Below, one piece after another: positions 11,516 to 23,532 of a stretch of DNA of 33,462 nucleotides. The notes under the pieces were generated by a model that ran no database searches, was not told the DNA's origin, and worked only from the letters and a program-made list of their open reading frames with translations. Numbering within the stretch: position 1 is the first letter of the stretch; each line of letters begins with the position of its first letter. A program made the position numbers and the translations under genes. This DNA comes from Octopus bimaculoides (lineage: Eukaryota): contig NC_068984.1 in assembly GCF_001194135.2 (NCBI RefSeq), forward strand, positions 88,529,643 through 88,563,104. The letters run 5' to 3'.

Positions 11516-11662
11516 CTTTCCATTAATTTTGTGATCTGAAGATGAACCATGGATAATCCTGGTAAATCTGGTGTCCTTACCAGTGTCACTGTCAGCATAA
11601 ACTGCAGTAACTGAAGCTTTGTTGGAGGCAGGCTTACCAATGGGAGCACCGTGAATAAGATC
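11516..11662 (-). CDS. SMC1: SMC1 coding exon 3 (DLIHGAPIGKPASNKASVTAVYADSDTGKDTRFTRIIHGSSSDHKINGK)
   Basis: 147 nt, phase 0-0; acceptor TAG and donor GTAAG; matches the SMC1 DLIHGAP.GKP motif. Confidence 0.96.
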
Positions 11663-11840
11663 CTACAAAATCAAAAATAAAAGACAATAAAATTTAATGA
11701 CCACAAATTTATTAAGCAAGGAGACGAAATGCTTGTATAGGCAAGTAAATACAAGTATGTGTATCATGCTGATTGATTAACATGTATTCTATACATACTT
11801 TATCTGAACCACAATTCTACCTCACAATAACTTTATTGTG

Positions 11841-12056
11841 AAAAGGCGGTGAGCTGGGAGAAACGTTAGCACACTAGGTGAAATATTTAGCAGTATTTCG
11901 TCTGTCTTTATGTTCTGAGTTCAAATTCCGCTGAGGTCGACTTTGCCTTTCATCATTTCGGGGTCAATAAATTAAGTACCAGTGAAACACTGGGATTGAT
12001 CTAATCAACTGGCCACCTCCCCCAAAATTTCAGGCCTTGTGCCTTGAGTAGAAAAG
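11841..12056 (+). mobile_element. tRNA-derived SINE (family A), near full length, 15-bp TSD
   Basis: Head AAGGCGGTGAGCTGG, B-box-like GAGTTCAAATTCC, central core resembling the MetaSINE domain (recalled, unverified); AATAACTTTATTGTG at 11826-11840 and 12057-12071. Confidence 0.9.
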
Positions 12057-12569
12057 AATAACTTTATTGTGCATATTATTCACTGCTTACTCAATGGTGA
12101 TGACAATATGGTGAAGAAGTATAAATTATAGACCTTGCTGTTAAAGAAAGAAACTTATAAGTAGGAAATATATGTGACAGATATACTGGTCATTCCATCA
12201 CATCATATATTGTTAGGCTTCCTTTGACTATCAAATCAAAAGTATTCCAGAACCTTTTTTTTTTAATAAACAAATGACTTTTATTTCACATCACAATTTC
12301 TTTTTACACCAGCTACAATCTTGTCTAATCTTCTACAAGTCTTTGTTTATTTTCCCAGAAAGTGCCCACTGTTAAGCTGTGTCTGTTCTGCTGCTACTAC
12401 AATGACTTTCACTGCTATGAATTTACAGGCTGTAAATCATTAACAGACAACATACTTATTTTCACTGTTTAATTGTCTCACAAATAGTGTATTAAATATT
12501 TTCATTCTTCTCTAGAACTGAATGTCATCAGCCTAAATTATCAACCTGTTGCAATCCAAAATAAATACT

Positions 12570-12710
12570 GGTTTCAAATTTTGTCACAAGGCCAGCAATT
12601 TCAGGGAAGGGAATAAATTGGTTAATTCAACCACAGTGCTCAACTGGTTCTCATTTTAATGACCCCAAAAAGATGAACAGCAAAGTCAATCTTGGCAGCA
12701 TTTGAACGAT
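12570..12710 (-). mobile_element. SINE family A, diverged 3' part
   Basis: Shares tttcaaattttg.cacaaggccagcaatt...gacccc.aaa.gatgaa..gcaaagtc with the other copies. Confidence 0.75.
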
Positions 12711-12904
12711 GGATGAGACAGTCCAAAATGAATATTAATCTCACAAAGTTATCCCTACACTCAACTGATAATAATTTGAAAAAAATTATAGATACAGTCC
12801 CTCTTATTCACCAATATCATGAGAAGAAAGGATAAGATAGCAAAGCTGTGTCAAAACAATCACCATTGAAAATAATTAGTATCCTAAGAGGCCCAATCTG
12901 TAAT

Positions 12905-13140
12905 GTGGTTGACATTTGGAAGGGCATCCAGCCGTAAAAACCATGCTAAAACAGATCTCACCAGTGCTGGTGCCATGTAAAAAGTACCCAGTCCACTCTG
13001 TAACATGGTTGGCATTAGGATGGGCATCCAACTGTGAAAAGAGACAGTGGAGCTTGGTGCAGTCCTCTGGCTTGACAGCTCCTGTCAAACTGTTCAACCC
13101 ATGACAGCATGAAAAATGGACACTAAATGATACTGATAAT
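12905..13140 (+). mobile_element. RTE-type 3' tail (SINE tail or LINE end)
   Basis: gttggcattaggatgggcatccaactgt...acccatgacagcatgaaaaatggac matches 27695-27840. Confidence 0.75.
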
Positions 13141-13623
13141 GTTTATTAGTTTATTTCCAGTTAACTATTTCAAGTAAATCACAACATACAGGAAAAAAGA
13201 AAAGGTACAGTACTTTCAAACTTTTTTCTTTAGCTTTTAAGTTTAAACTGATGGTTTTAATCTTGAAATGCCACTGAGAATTTTCATATTTGATTTGCTG
13301 TTCTAATTTGCATAATTTAATCAGAAACGTAAGTGCACTGTCTATTGTCATTGCATAACTTCCAGAGGAAAATGTTGTACAGAGCAATGTATCAAAATAT
13401 CATGTTATCTCAGACCTAGTCTGAATGTTTACAACAGAGTGAGCTCCACTGAAAGCTACCAAAGATTAGACAGTGATGTTAAACCAACTGATAGATTAGA
13501 TCTATCAGTCAAAAACAGGTACAGTCCAACAGATTTCCTACAGCTTCTGTCAAGACAGTTTAACACATTGCTTTAGTACAGATTGGAACGGAGTTTATTT
13601 GTTAATTAATTTATCTAACTAAT

Positions 13624-13839
13624 GAGTTCAAATTTTGGCACAAGGCCAGCAATTTTGGGGATGGGGAAATGTTGATTACAACAATGCCTGAGCTCAACTA
13701 GTACTTATTTTATTGACCCCGAAAGGGTGTAAGGCAAAGTCAACCTCAGTGGAATCTGAACTCAGAATGTAACAACAGATAAAATGCTACTAAAGCATTT
13801 TCCATTGACATGCTAATGATTCTGCCAGCTTGCTGCTTT
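13624..13839 (-). mobile_element. SINE family A, diverged full-length copy
   Basis: Homologous from tail (caaattttggcacaaggcc) to head (ctgccagcttgctgctt). Confidence 0.8.
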
Positions 13840-14560
13840 AACTTATCAAATTATTGAAAAATATTTTATGTTCAAGAAACCTAACAGTATTTTAATCATA
13901 ACTGCAACTTCCCTCATTCCATCAAATTATTTCAAGCTTCTGAGATGTAAACACCATATTTCCTTATATAAATATATAACAATTGCTCTTGAGTTTCTGT
14001 TTATTGATGAATCAACAGACGATTATCAAATGTAAAGAGTAACTACAACAGAAACAGTTGAAGATATTTCAGCTGTGACTTTCCCATTTTTTAAATTTTC
14101 CAGGCAGTGTATCTTGGAGTATATTGTACAATGCGTCCTTCATTTTCAAGATGGAAGGGTGGGGTAAAGAATATTTGGTTTCCATTCTAACAGGTGGAGT
14201 AAACATGCAAAGGCTTCAACTTTGGAGAGCTCTGTGGCTGTCATATCAATTTCATTCTCAATTTTTATGAAAAAAACACAAGCATGGCCATGCTTGCAAC
14301 ATGATCATGTGATTTTAAGTTTCTGTCTCATTCCATTGCACCCTGGGCTGACCAATGCATTTAGAGTGGAACTGGTAGATAGAAACTGTGAAGCACATCA
14401 TACATATATTTTGTTCTGTATGTTTTCATTAGACTATCTAAATGAAAAATAGCATCTTTGTTTACATTCTTCAGTAAACAAGTCCTTATAGTTTTAGTGG
14501 CGTTGTTACTTTCAATATGTAAGGATAAGAGTAATAAAAAAAATCTTACTTAGAAAACAA

Positions 14561-14661
14561 GGCTGGTGACAAGAGCATCCAGCTATAAAAAAATTCATTT
14601 TAACAAGCTTCATATAATCCATGCCAGCATGGAAAAATGGACATATAAATTATGATGATGA
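14561..14661 (+). mobile_element. RTE-type 3' tail fragment
   Basis: gcatccagctata...ccatgccagcatggaaaaatggaca..atgatgatg. Confidence 0.7.
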
Positions 14662-15182
14662 GAAGGAGAGTTATGTGGGAAACAAACTGAAAATTCGTTG
14701 ATGCAAGATAATGAAAAAATGGAGAGAGTGTACAACTTATAATGATGTTTTGGAATAACAAATATACATCTGAAGGGATTTATAACTTCTATCTTTCAAA
14801 AGATAAAGAAAAATTTTGATAGTCAAATAGTAAAAGCTTGTCAAAACAAAAACAATGTTATCATTAAGAAACAAATCACACACAGATTTATTATAAGGAA
14901 GTATGCTAAATAACTTCTGTTTTCTTTTAACCAATATAATCCAAAATTTTACAAAAGAACATTAAACACTTGAGCAAGAAAGTCAACAGATGAAGTTTCA
15001 AACTTGTTGAATAGAAAAGGCTTCCAAAGATTGTTGCCTAGGTTTGTCTTAGCTGAGCTGTGATGGTTACTGAGACCATCAACAGAGTGATTCATAACAG
15101 ATGGTTCAGAGCCAGAAATTTGTAATTGTTTATATTATTTTGGGAGCTTTTGTATATATTTCAATTAATATAATTACCATTA

Positions 15183-15443
<261 letters not shown>

Positions 15444-18400
15444 CTACAAATAACCATAGTCAACTAGACAAAGTTATTTGTCAGCAGTTTCTACTTCTCT
15501 CCCTACCCTGTAAACTTTCTGATAATCTATACATTTTCTATGTATATGACACATTTCAAGACATCTAAGTATTTAAGTCACTTGCAGATACCTTTATAGC
15601 ACAACTGAAGTTCCTCATCACTTTCTTACTGATAATTCTCAGCAGAGATTCTTTAAAATAGACCTATTTCTTTGTAAGACCAGTCAAAACATAACAGTGG
15701 TAGTGTTTGATGTTTTCTGAAGCATTGAGGTATGGGATTCAGGGTCTCCAAGACTTCCAAGGATGCACCTCACACAAAGCATGTTGAGAGTACAGTCACT
15801 GTGTGAATGTTGTGAAGTCATTTTATCAGTTTGGCAAGTAAATTTTCTCCTGCTTAACCACAGGTTTGATCAAAAACCTTTGAGCTAAGGTAATATCAGC
15901 TAAGATCATATTATATTGTTGAATTTATTTAGAACTACATTAACCAAGATGTTCACTTCTTATACCTAGTAAGAGGTTTCTTTCTTGGAATTTCAAAAGT
16001 AATTTCTGAAATTGTTCATTTCATGAACACATTGTTTCCAGCTTGGAATTAAAAGTATTGATAAATGTAAATTCATTCATAATCTGGTCCATTATATTTG
16101 TATTAAGACTGATAAGGACTAAATAATAATACACCTAAATTAATGCACCTAGTGGATCAAATCTAGAGTTTTACTTTTTCTTTAACACGAAAAATACCAG
16201 AAAACATAGGCAAAATAGAAATCAAAAAGCTATGGTCAATATAATTCCACTACAAATGTTAAATGTAAAACCAATAAATAGTCCCATTTATTATCTGAAA
16301 CTTCCTACACTGAAAGAAGAAAAAGGTGGTACTTATTAGGATTTTGAAAAAATTGCTTATGATGACTATTACTTCATTTGTTTATCTCTAGACTCATTAA
16401 AACACATGACTCTCTACAAGGCTTAAAGGAGACTCACAATAGAGTACTGCTTCAACATTTCAGAGGCTGATGCTACTGCTTAGCATCCAAAAGAAAGCCA
16501 TCTGGTTGATCAGCAATAGCTCACTCATCTACACATTTCAACCACTACCCCACAGACATGCAGTTGCTTTCTTTTTAATTTTTTACTGCACGCTGTCTAA
16601 ATAAGCACTAACCACTATGTTGATCCCTTTCTGTATAGATTGGCAGAAATCTAAAATTCCCAATTTGCTCACTTTTTACCTGCAGGTATCAAAATTGAAA
16701 ATAATCTACATCAATTTTATAAGTCACTAGAGGGCTTTTGTGAAGGCCAAAAGCATACCAGCTTCCTTCTGATTAAACTAAAAAAAAAAAAGCATATTTG
16801 ACATTTTTCTTGGTTCCTTTGTAACTGGTTGCCTATCCAGATGTTCTTTGGTAAGCAGTCACCATTTTATTCAGTGTCTTCCTCGGGTTCATTGAACCAT
16901 TTCTTTTGCATGATCCTTTTTGGACTCCCAAGAAGATGATTTCAAGGAGGCTGCTTCTCATATGTTATCTCAATGTAGCACCGATTCAAATTTGAATAAA
17001 CACAACAGAGTTTACCTTGTGTACTTATAAGTTCTTTTCACATGTAAAAGATTAACCAGCCAATATGGGCTGTGAATCAGTCTGTTGATTTAGTATATCT
17101 TTATTTGGAGATACAAGTACTTTGAAAATACCTCACAGAGTGACAACCATGCCCTGCATAGTTACAGGCTACTTTTTGGTAAGGCACAGTACCCATTCAG
17201 CCACCCTGCTGGGGATATAGGGATGTCATGGGACTGCAGCATGACTGATTGTGAAGAGGTAGTGCAAGAACTCAAGCCAATGGTGCTTCTTACATTGATG
17301 CTGAGTGGAAGAATCCTAGGATCACCAAGCTGTATCAAGAGAGTGACTGCAACACATCTGTAGGGGTGGCATCCATGGTTGTGTAGTCAGATAATAAAGG
17401 ATTCGCTAGGACTCAAGCTTCCAATTCAAATTCAGAATAATGGAATAGGATGGGGACAGAGTCATGAGAATCCACAAAAACAGCAGAAAAGAAAAAAATG
17501 GAAATGATCACACAGCATTATACATGATGCTCACCTGTTGAAATATGTCCTTAAGTGGTTCAGACAGAGCATCTTTCACTGCCTGGATATACTTTTCTAT
17601 CTCTTGTTGGTTAATGTTACTTCCTTGATATCTTTATATTTTAAAATCTCAATAGGATATGCTTATCTTGTTATATATAAGAGATTACATTCTGCATTAG
17701 TGCTGCAGAGTGATGACAAAAAAACAAAAATGTTAAGATGTTGTGCTGACTGCAGAACTCAAGATGGTTAACATCCTTTCTCATTCATAGTAATGACACC
17801 AAATAAACCAAGATAATTCAAACTGCCAAAAGTGAGCAAAAGCTCCTACTGAGAGATGTTACAAATTGCATATGTACAGTTTAGAATTTAACTCTAGGAG
17901 AGTCCTTCTATGATATGAAACTGGATCTTTACAATTATTCCAGTTTTTCTAATAGCTTTCCTAACCAGAAACACGTGAAATCTGATATTTCCAGATAAGA
18001 CTCACATTGCCAGGCAAGCAAGCTTAGTTTGCTCTTGGTTGAGGCAGGTTTATTATTGTTCATTTCTTGAAGCCCTTAGGCCAATTATAATAGACCTTAC
18101 AATCTATGCACTTAGTTTGAGGGGTTGACTATTCTTTTATTGGCTTCCTGTCATAACAGGACACCACTTTCAATTATACTGACCACAGCAATTTGTCAAG
18201 AACTCATTTTAATGAATGTGTAAGTTTTATCTCTATAACAAGTAACATCTTTTTAACACATTGATTTACACTGGTATCCAAAAACACATTATATATGGTT
18301 GTGTAATTAAGAAATTCACTTCATATAATATAGTTTCAATTTCAGCCCCACTGAACAACCTATAAAACAATGAATATACGATGTTTCAGCACAGTTCTTG

Positions 18401-19086
18401 TCAAACAGATTTCACTCACAAAGTACTGGGCAGCCTGAGACAAGGTGGTCACAAAGCAAACTTCTTAACCAGTTATATGCACATATAGTTCTGCCTTTTG
18501 CTTTGCTTTAACTCGTGCAGCTGTGCTTAACCTAAACTCAAGGAACAAACAGTGAGCAGCAAGATATCTTACTAACTTAACAAAACATAAAGATAGCTGC
18601 CACTATTGTAAGCAACCCTTGATGCCTTGCTCTATACCTATTTAGTATAAATTTATAAATGGTAAGTTGCTGTTTCTTGGAATGTTCTGACAAAGCTCAA
18701 TTTTCTTCTCTAGGAAATAAATTCTGGGAAAAAGTTTTTAAGAATCAGCTAAATTCGATACATATTAAGATAGCTGATATATCAGTGATATCGCAGGAGT
18801 TGACAGCATAAATGTTTTTTAACATACGAAGCAAAAGGCTTGTGTTCACAGTCCCAATGAAAATAGTGTTTTACACTAAGGGTGAATGTGTGTGTGTGCA
18901 TGCATGAAAATGCATGGTTCGATTCCTGGGTTGTGCAAAATGTTGTGTTCTTAAGCAAGTCTTTCATTTCCTACTGTAATTCACAAAGCTGAAAATGAGA
19001 ACCAGCCCTATCTTCCTCCAGCTGTCATATTTTAGATGTATTGTTGAGTTAAGAGGGTCTGTGCCTACACATAACTATATATATAT

Positions 19087-19274
19087 ATATATATAAAAAT
19101 ATATAAAGGAGGCCACCAGGTGGACTACTAATGTGCTAGAAGAAGATCACATGCCATGTGTCTACTAAATTCCCTTTGAGAATTATTCGGTCTTAGTAGA
19201 CACATGACATGTGATCTTCTAGCACATTAGTAGTCCACCTAGTGGCCTCCTTTATATATATTTTTATATATATA
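19087..19274. repeat. Fold-back (palindromic) element in a (TA)n tract, probable non-autonomous DNA transposon
   Basis: Arms of about 82 nt (19087-19168 and 19193-19274), reverse-complementary apart from 2 substitutions and short indels; 24-nt spacer. Confidence 0.85.
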
Positions 19275-19399
19275 CAATAATCCTTTGAGATCTCAGATAT
19301 TTTTTCTGAATCTCCCTGATTCTTTTAAAGTGCTTGTTCCTTGGTATTAAATTGATATTAATTAATATCCAATTTTTTACCCTATTGTTTAAGTATATA

Positions 19400-19514
19400 T
19401 CATCATCATCATCATCGTTTAACGTCCGCTTTCCATGCTAGCATGGGTTGGACGATTTGACTGAGGACTGGTGAAACCGGATGGCAACACCAGGCTCCAA
19501 TCTAATTTGGCAGA
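19400..19514 (-). mobile_element. RTE-type 3' tail with (CAT)n, little diverged
   Basis: (cat)5 cgtttaacgtccgctttccatgctagcatgggttgg is the reverse complement of the LINE tail; CpGs retained. Confidence 0.85.
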
Positions 19515-19540
19515 CACACACACATACAAAAAAGAATGCA

Positions 19541-19887
19541 AGCATAACTGTGTGGTCAAACAGCTTGCTCACCAACTACTTGGTTACAGGTTCAGTCCCA
19601 CTGCATACCACCTTCAGCAGGTGTGTTCTAAACCCCTGGGACAACCAAAGCCCTGTAAAAAGGATTTGGAAGATGAAAACTAAGAAACCAATCATATACT
19701 TATGTATGTGTGTGTCTCCTTGTCTTAATATTGCTCAAGAGTTGTAAATGAGCATAATTTCCAGTCTTCCAATGAAAACAGGTGAGGTTTGGTGACAGGA
19801 AAGGCCTCCAGTTGTAGAAATTATGCCTCAACAAATTCTGTCTGACCCTTGCTAGCATGGAAAAGTAGATATTAAAATGTAAATGAT
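19541..19887 (+). mobile_element. tRNA-derived SINE (family B) ending in an RTE-type tail
   Basis: Head tgtgtggtcaaacagcttgct...ggttcagtccca (A/B-box-like), body homologous to 20348-20478, tail gctagcatggaaaag. Confidence 0.7.
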
Positions 19888-19913
19888 GGCCACACACACA
19901 CACACAAAACCTT

Positions 19914-19939
19914 TATATATATATATATATATATATATA
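19914..19939. repeat. (TA)n microsatellite, preceded by a short (CA)n
   Basis: Read directly. Confidence 0.95.
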
Positions 19940-20347
19940 ACACTGAACATTTTGGGTCTTACAACATACTCATCTAGACAACCAAACATAGATTGATCAA
20001 GTGTAGTGTGTATCCAAGCAGCATTCTACTGACCCCACCTCGTTTCAACCAGAATCATCTAGATGCTTTCTCAGTTGCCTGATGGCTCTTTTGCTCATAC
20101 CTGTAATATCCTGGGTTCCAATTGGCCTTACTCACGGTACAACATGCAAACACTCAACTGCCAAACTCCAATGTCAAACACCTCGTTCACCACCCATTCT
20201 TGTGATAGTCCTTTACCAACTCCTAGTACTAAACCACTCTTCTCTTGCACCACTTGCAACATCTCCTTCCAAGGCAATTAACTCCCAATAGAATTAGAAG
20301 CCTTGTTTCAGAAACCAAGAGACCTGATCTCAACAAGGTCTGGTAAT

Positions 20348-20478
20348 TCTTTCAGTTTTCCTTTACCAAATCCTCTCACAAGGCTTTGGTCGGCCCAGGG
20401 GTGCCCATGGTTCCACGCAATGGGACTGGACCCGGATCCATAAAGTTGGGAAGTAAACCTCTTATCCCCGGCCATAAC
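20348..20478 (-). mobile_element. SINE family B, 5' part
   Basis: Reverse complement matches the 19541 element (gggtccagtcccattgcgtgg..gccgaccaaagccttgtgagaggatttggta). Confidence 0.7.
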
Positions 20479-20479
20479 C

Positions 20480-20594
20480 TGGTGTTAGGAAGGGTATTCC
20501 ACTGTAAAACACACGCCAAAAACAAGACACTGGCACACGACGAGGATCTTCAAGCATCCAACCCATGTCGGCATGGAAAACGGAAGATGATGAT
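20480..20594 (+). mobile_element. RTE-type 3' tail
   Basis: ggtgttaggaagggtattcc...caacccatgtcggcatggaaaacgg..gatgatgat. Confidence 0.7.
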
Positions 20595-21069
20595 ATATAA
20601 ACAATTTTCAATCAAAAGTTATCATTCTAGCTTTCCTGCAATGTATGAAAAATTATATTCAAGCATAAAATATCATTTCTACTATTTGAAAACAAAATGA
20701 TGCTAAACAATTTTTCAATCGCTTACATTTTCATGAAAACAGAATTTTTCAAATCCAGCTATAACAACTGATAACAACTAAACAAAGTAGACGAGTTTTC
20801 AATAAGAACTGAAATAGTTGCATCTTAAACGGGTGAAGATCTTTATATTAACCAGTATTACTACATGTACATTAGAGCTACTAAGCCCAGTGGTCACGAT
20901 GATACTGCGATTTCGTCACATTTATTTAAGGTACACGACACCTTTTTTTTATTTTTCCACACCGGAGGAAAATCTGCTATGCCGTCTCGCACTCTTCTGC
21001 TTAAAGAATACGGACTTTGATATTTCTGTCAATTGTGTTAGTTAAATTTTAAACTTCGCAATCCTTGAA

Positions 21070-21931
21070 NNNNNNNNNNNNNNNNNNNNNNNNNNNNNNN
21101 NNNNNNNNNNNNNNNNNNNNNNNNNNNNNNNNNNNNNNNNNNNNNNNNNNNNNNNNNNNNNNNNNNNNNNNNNNNNNNNNNNNNNNNNNNNNNNNNNNNN
21201 NNNNNNNNNNNNNNNNNNNNNNNNNNNNNNNNNNNNNNNNNNNNNNNNNNNNNNNNNNNNNNNNNNNNNNNNNNNNNNNNNNNNNNNNNNNNNNNNNNNN
21301 NNNNNNNNNNNNNNNNNNNNNNNNNNNNNNNNNNNNNNNNNNNNNNNNNNNNNNNNNNNNNNNNNNNNNNNNNNNNNNNNNNNNNNNNNNNNNNNNNNNN
21401 NNNNNNNNNNNNNNNNNNNNNNNNNNNNNNNNNNNNNNNNNNNNNNNNNNNNNNNNNNNNNNNNNNNNNNNNNNNNNNNNNNNNNNNNNNNNNNNNNNNN
21501 NNNNNNNNNNNNNNNNNNNNNNNNNNNNNNNNNNNNNNNNNNNNNNNNNNNNNNNNNNNNNNNNNNNNNNNNNNNNNNNNNNNNNNNNNNNNNNNNNNNN
21601 NNNNNNNNNNNNNNNNNNNNNNNNNNNNNNNNNNNNNNNNNNNNNNNNNNNNNNNNNNNNNNNNNNNNNNNNNNNNNNNNNNNNNNNNNNNNNNNNNNNN
21701 NNNNNNNNNNNNNNNNNNNNNNNNNNNNNNNNNNNNNNNNNNNNNNNNNNNNNNNNNNNNNNNNNNNNNNNNNNNNNNNNNNNNNNNNNNNNNNNNNNNN
21801 NNNNNNNNNNNNNNNNNNNNNNNNNNNNNNNNNNNNNNNNNNNNNNNNNNNNNNNNNNNNNNNNNNNNNNNNNNNNNNNNNNNNNNNNNNNNNNNNNNNN
21901 NNNNNNNNNNNNNNNNNNNNNNNNNNNNNNN
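21070..21931. other. Assembly gap (N run) in SMC1 intron 1
   Basis: Continuous Ns. Confidence 0.99.
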
Positions 21932-23016
21932 CTTAATTGATGTAAAAAATAAAATAAAAATCAGAAAGTAATACCAAATGTGTGTGAAAATAATCGTTTC
22001 GTTTAATTTTTCTATCAGAAGCGATAGGTCGAACTAGGGTCCTAGAATTTCCAGAATCTATTACAGAGATGCAACGAAAGTTCAGTAGAATGAATAACAA
22101 GAATAGCTGGAGATTCCCGATCTTAACTTTCGTATTTCTAGTTAGAAACGCCGTAGTTTAATTGAAATATTGTGAATATAAAATCATATCAGGAAATAGG
22201 ACGAATGGACTAAATGCCAAGTATTCCTCCACCGCATTTAACTCCGAAAATATGTCTAAAACTGTCACAAGAATCTGTTTATGGTACGGGTCGATAAAGC
22301 AAACGAATTTATTTTAGAATGTTTTATTTTACACTTTTAAGCTACTTGTTTTTCTCTTGGCTGACCTCATAATTGTATCATAGCGAAACGATAACTCGTA
22401 ATAGACAGCTTAAGTGAATTTACTAAATAGCGCCAAATTGCAAACGTTACACAGATATGCAGTAATGCTAAGATAATTAAACTAAATATTTAATAAAGAT
22501 TGAACTAAATATTAAAAGAAACTGAATTGATGATTAATCAAAAACTAAAAAGAAGAAATACTCAAAATATGAAAACAATTCGCTCAAATCAAAACACCTG
22601 GAGGGGGAAAAATTTGCTTGAGCGAGATATATAGAACATTCTTATCATTTGAGAAGTATTGAAGGTTTTCCCGTTTAACAAGGGAATTTGCATCGGGGCA
22701 AGGCGAACTATAATAAAACATAAGACAGATGATAAAAATCTGTCTTTAAACGGTGTAAATTATGGACAAACTGGAAGTCGTACATTTTTAGCCCTGAAAC
22801 AATTTTTTTGTGGTCTTATATTGTTTACAAACACAATGAAATTAATAGTGATTTTCGTACATCCAAAAATCAGTTATTTTCTTTCTAATAAAATGCATAA
22901 ATTTGATAGGTATATAGATATCAACCGAAGAAATAATCAGAATCATCTTTAAGAGAAAAGCGGGAAAATATGGTCATATTTACGAGAGACACGTTTAAAA
23001 ATTTCCTTCGACGTAC

Positions 23017-23128
23017 CTGATCCATTTGGTCCGATAATAGCAGTAAACTTTTTAAACGGTCCAATTAACTGTTTACCACGATAAGATTTGAAATTTTCCA
23101 CTTCGATATATCTTAAATAACCCGGCAT
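23017..23128 (-). CDS. SMC1: Cohesin subunit SMC1, coding exon 1 ([38 protein letters not shown]), Walker A start
   Basis: Hand translation from ATG at 23128 gives the diagnostic SMC1 N-terminus ([21 protein letters not shown]). 112 nt, phase-1 donor GTACGT at 23016. Confidence 0.97.
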
Positions 23129-23532
23129 TTTGAATAACCTGCTAAAACTTCTTTTTTTTACTCCAATGATATTTAGAGAAAGTCACTAAAAAAATTACAT
23201 CTCTCTCTCACGCAGCCATTATAGTTGAAAATTTTACCGCGAACATTAGTTAAGCACTAAACATTTTCATTAGTCAATAAATAAAACTTCAAATAAATCA
23301 GTTATTATTGCCTTATTAAATTATTATAAAACTAAATCTAATATAATATTAAATAATTTTTGGTTTTTAACTAAATTTAATTTAGAATTATTATTAGCTA
23401 ATCAGAATCGGAAAATTATTTACGCGGTCGAAGACATATTATCGTTGCTTAGCAACATCATTGATGTATTAACCTTTCTCATAGAAGTGATATAGCTGTA
23501 ATTTCTTTTGTGTCTCTCTTAAGATATTAAAC
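23129..23532. promoter_or_regulatory. Bidirectional promoter / 5'UTR region shared by SMC1 and the RIBC gene
   Basis: 404 bp between divergent start codons; lies in a CpG-retaining region. Confidence 0.8.
23444..23456. promoter_or_regulatory. RFX X-box (GTTGCTTAGCAAC)
   Basis: Near-perfect palindrome matching the X-box consensus GTTRCY-N(0-3)-RGYAAC, 76 bp upstream of the ATG of a ciliary gene. Confidence 0.75.

Noticed and set aside
15560-15900. Possible decayed transposase (minus strand, PVVKQEKIYLP-like)
   Set aside because: Multiple stops and only one short suggestive motif; not supportable without a profile search.
19940-20345. Possible additional PLE/GIY-YIG remnant (ORFs 20063 and 20082)
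   Set aside because: Cys/Thr-rich translation without a convincing motif.
21065-21940. 291-aa ORF
   Set aside because: Artefact of the N gap (all X).
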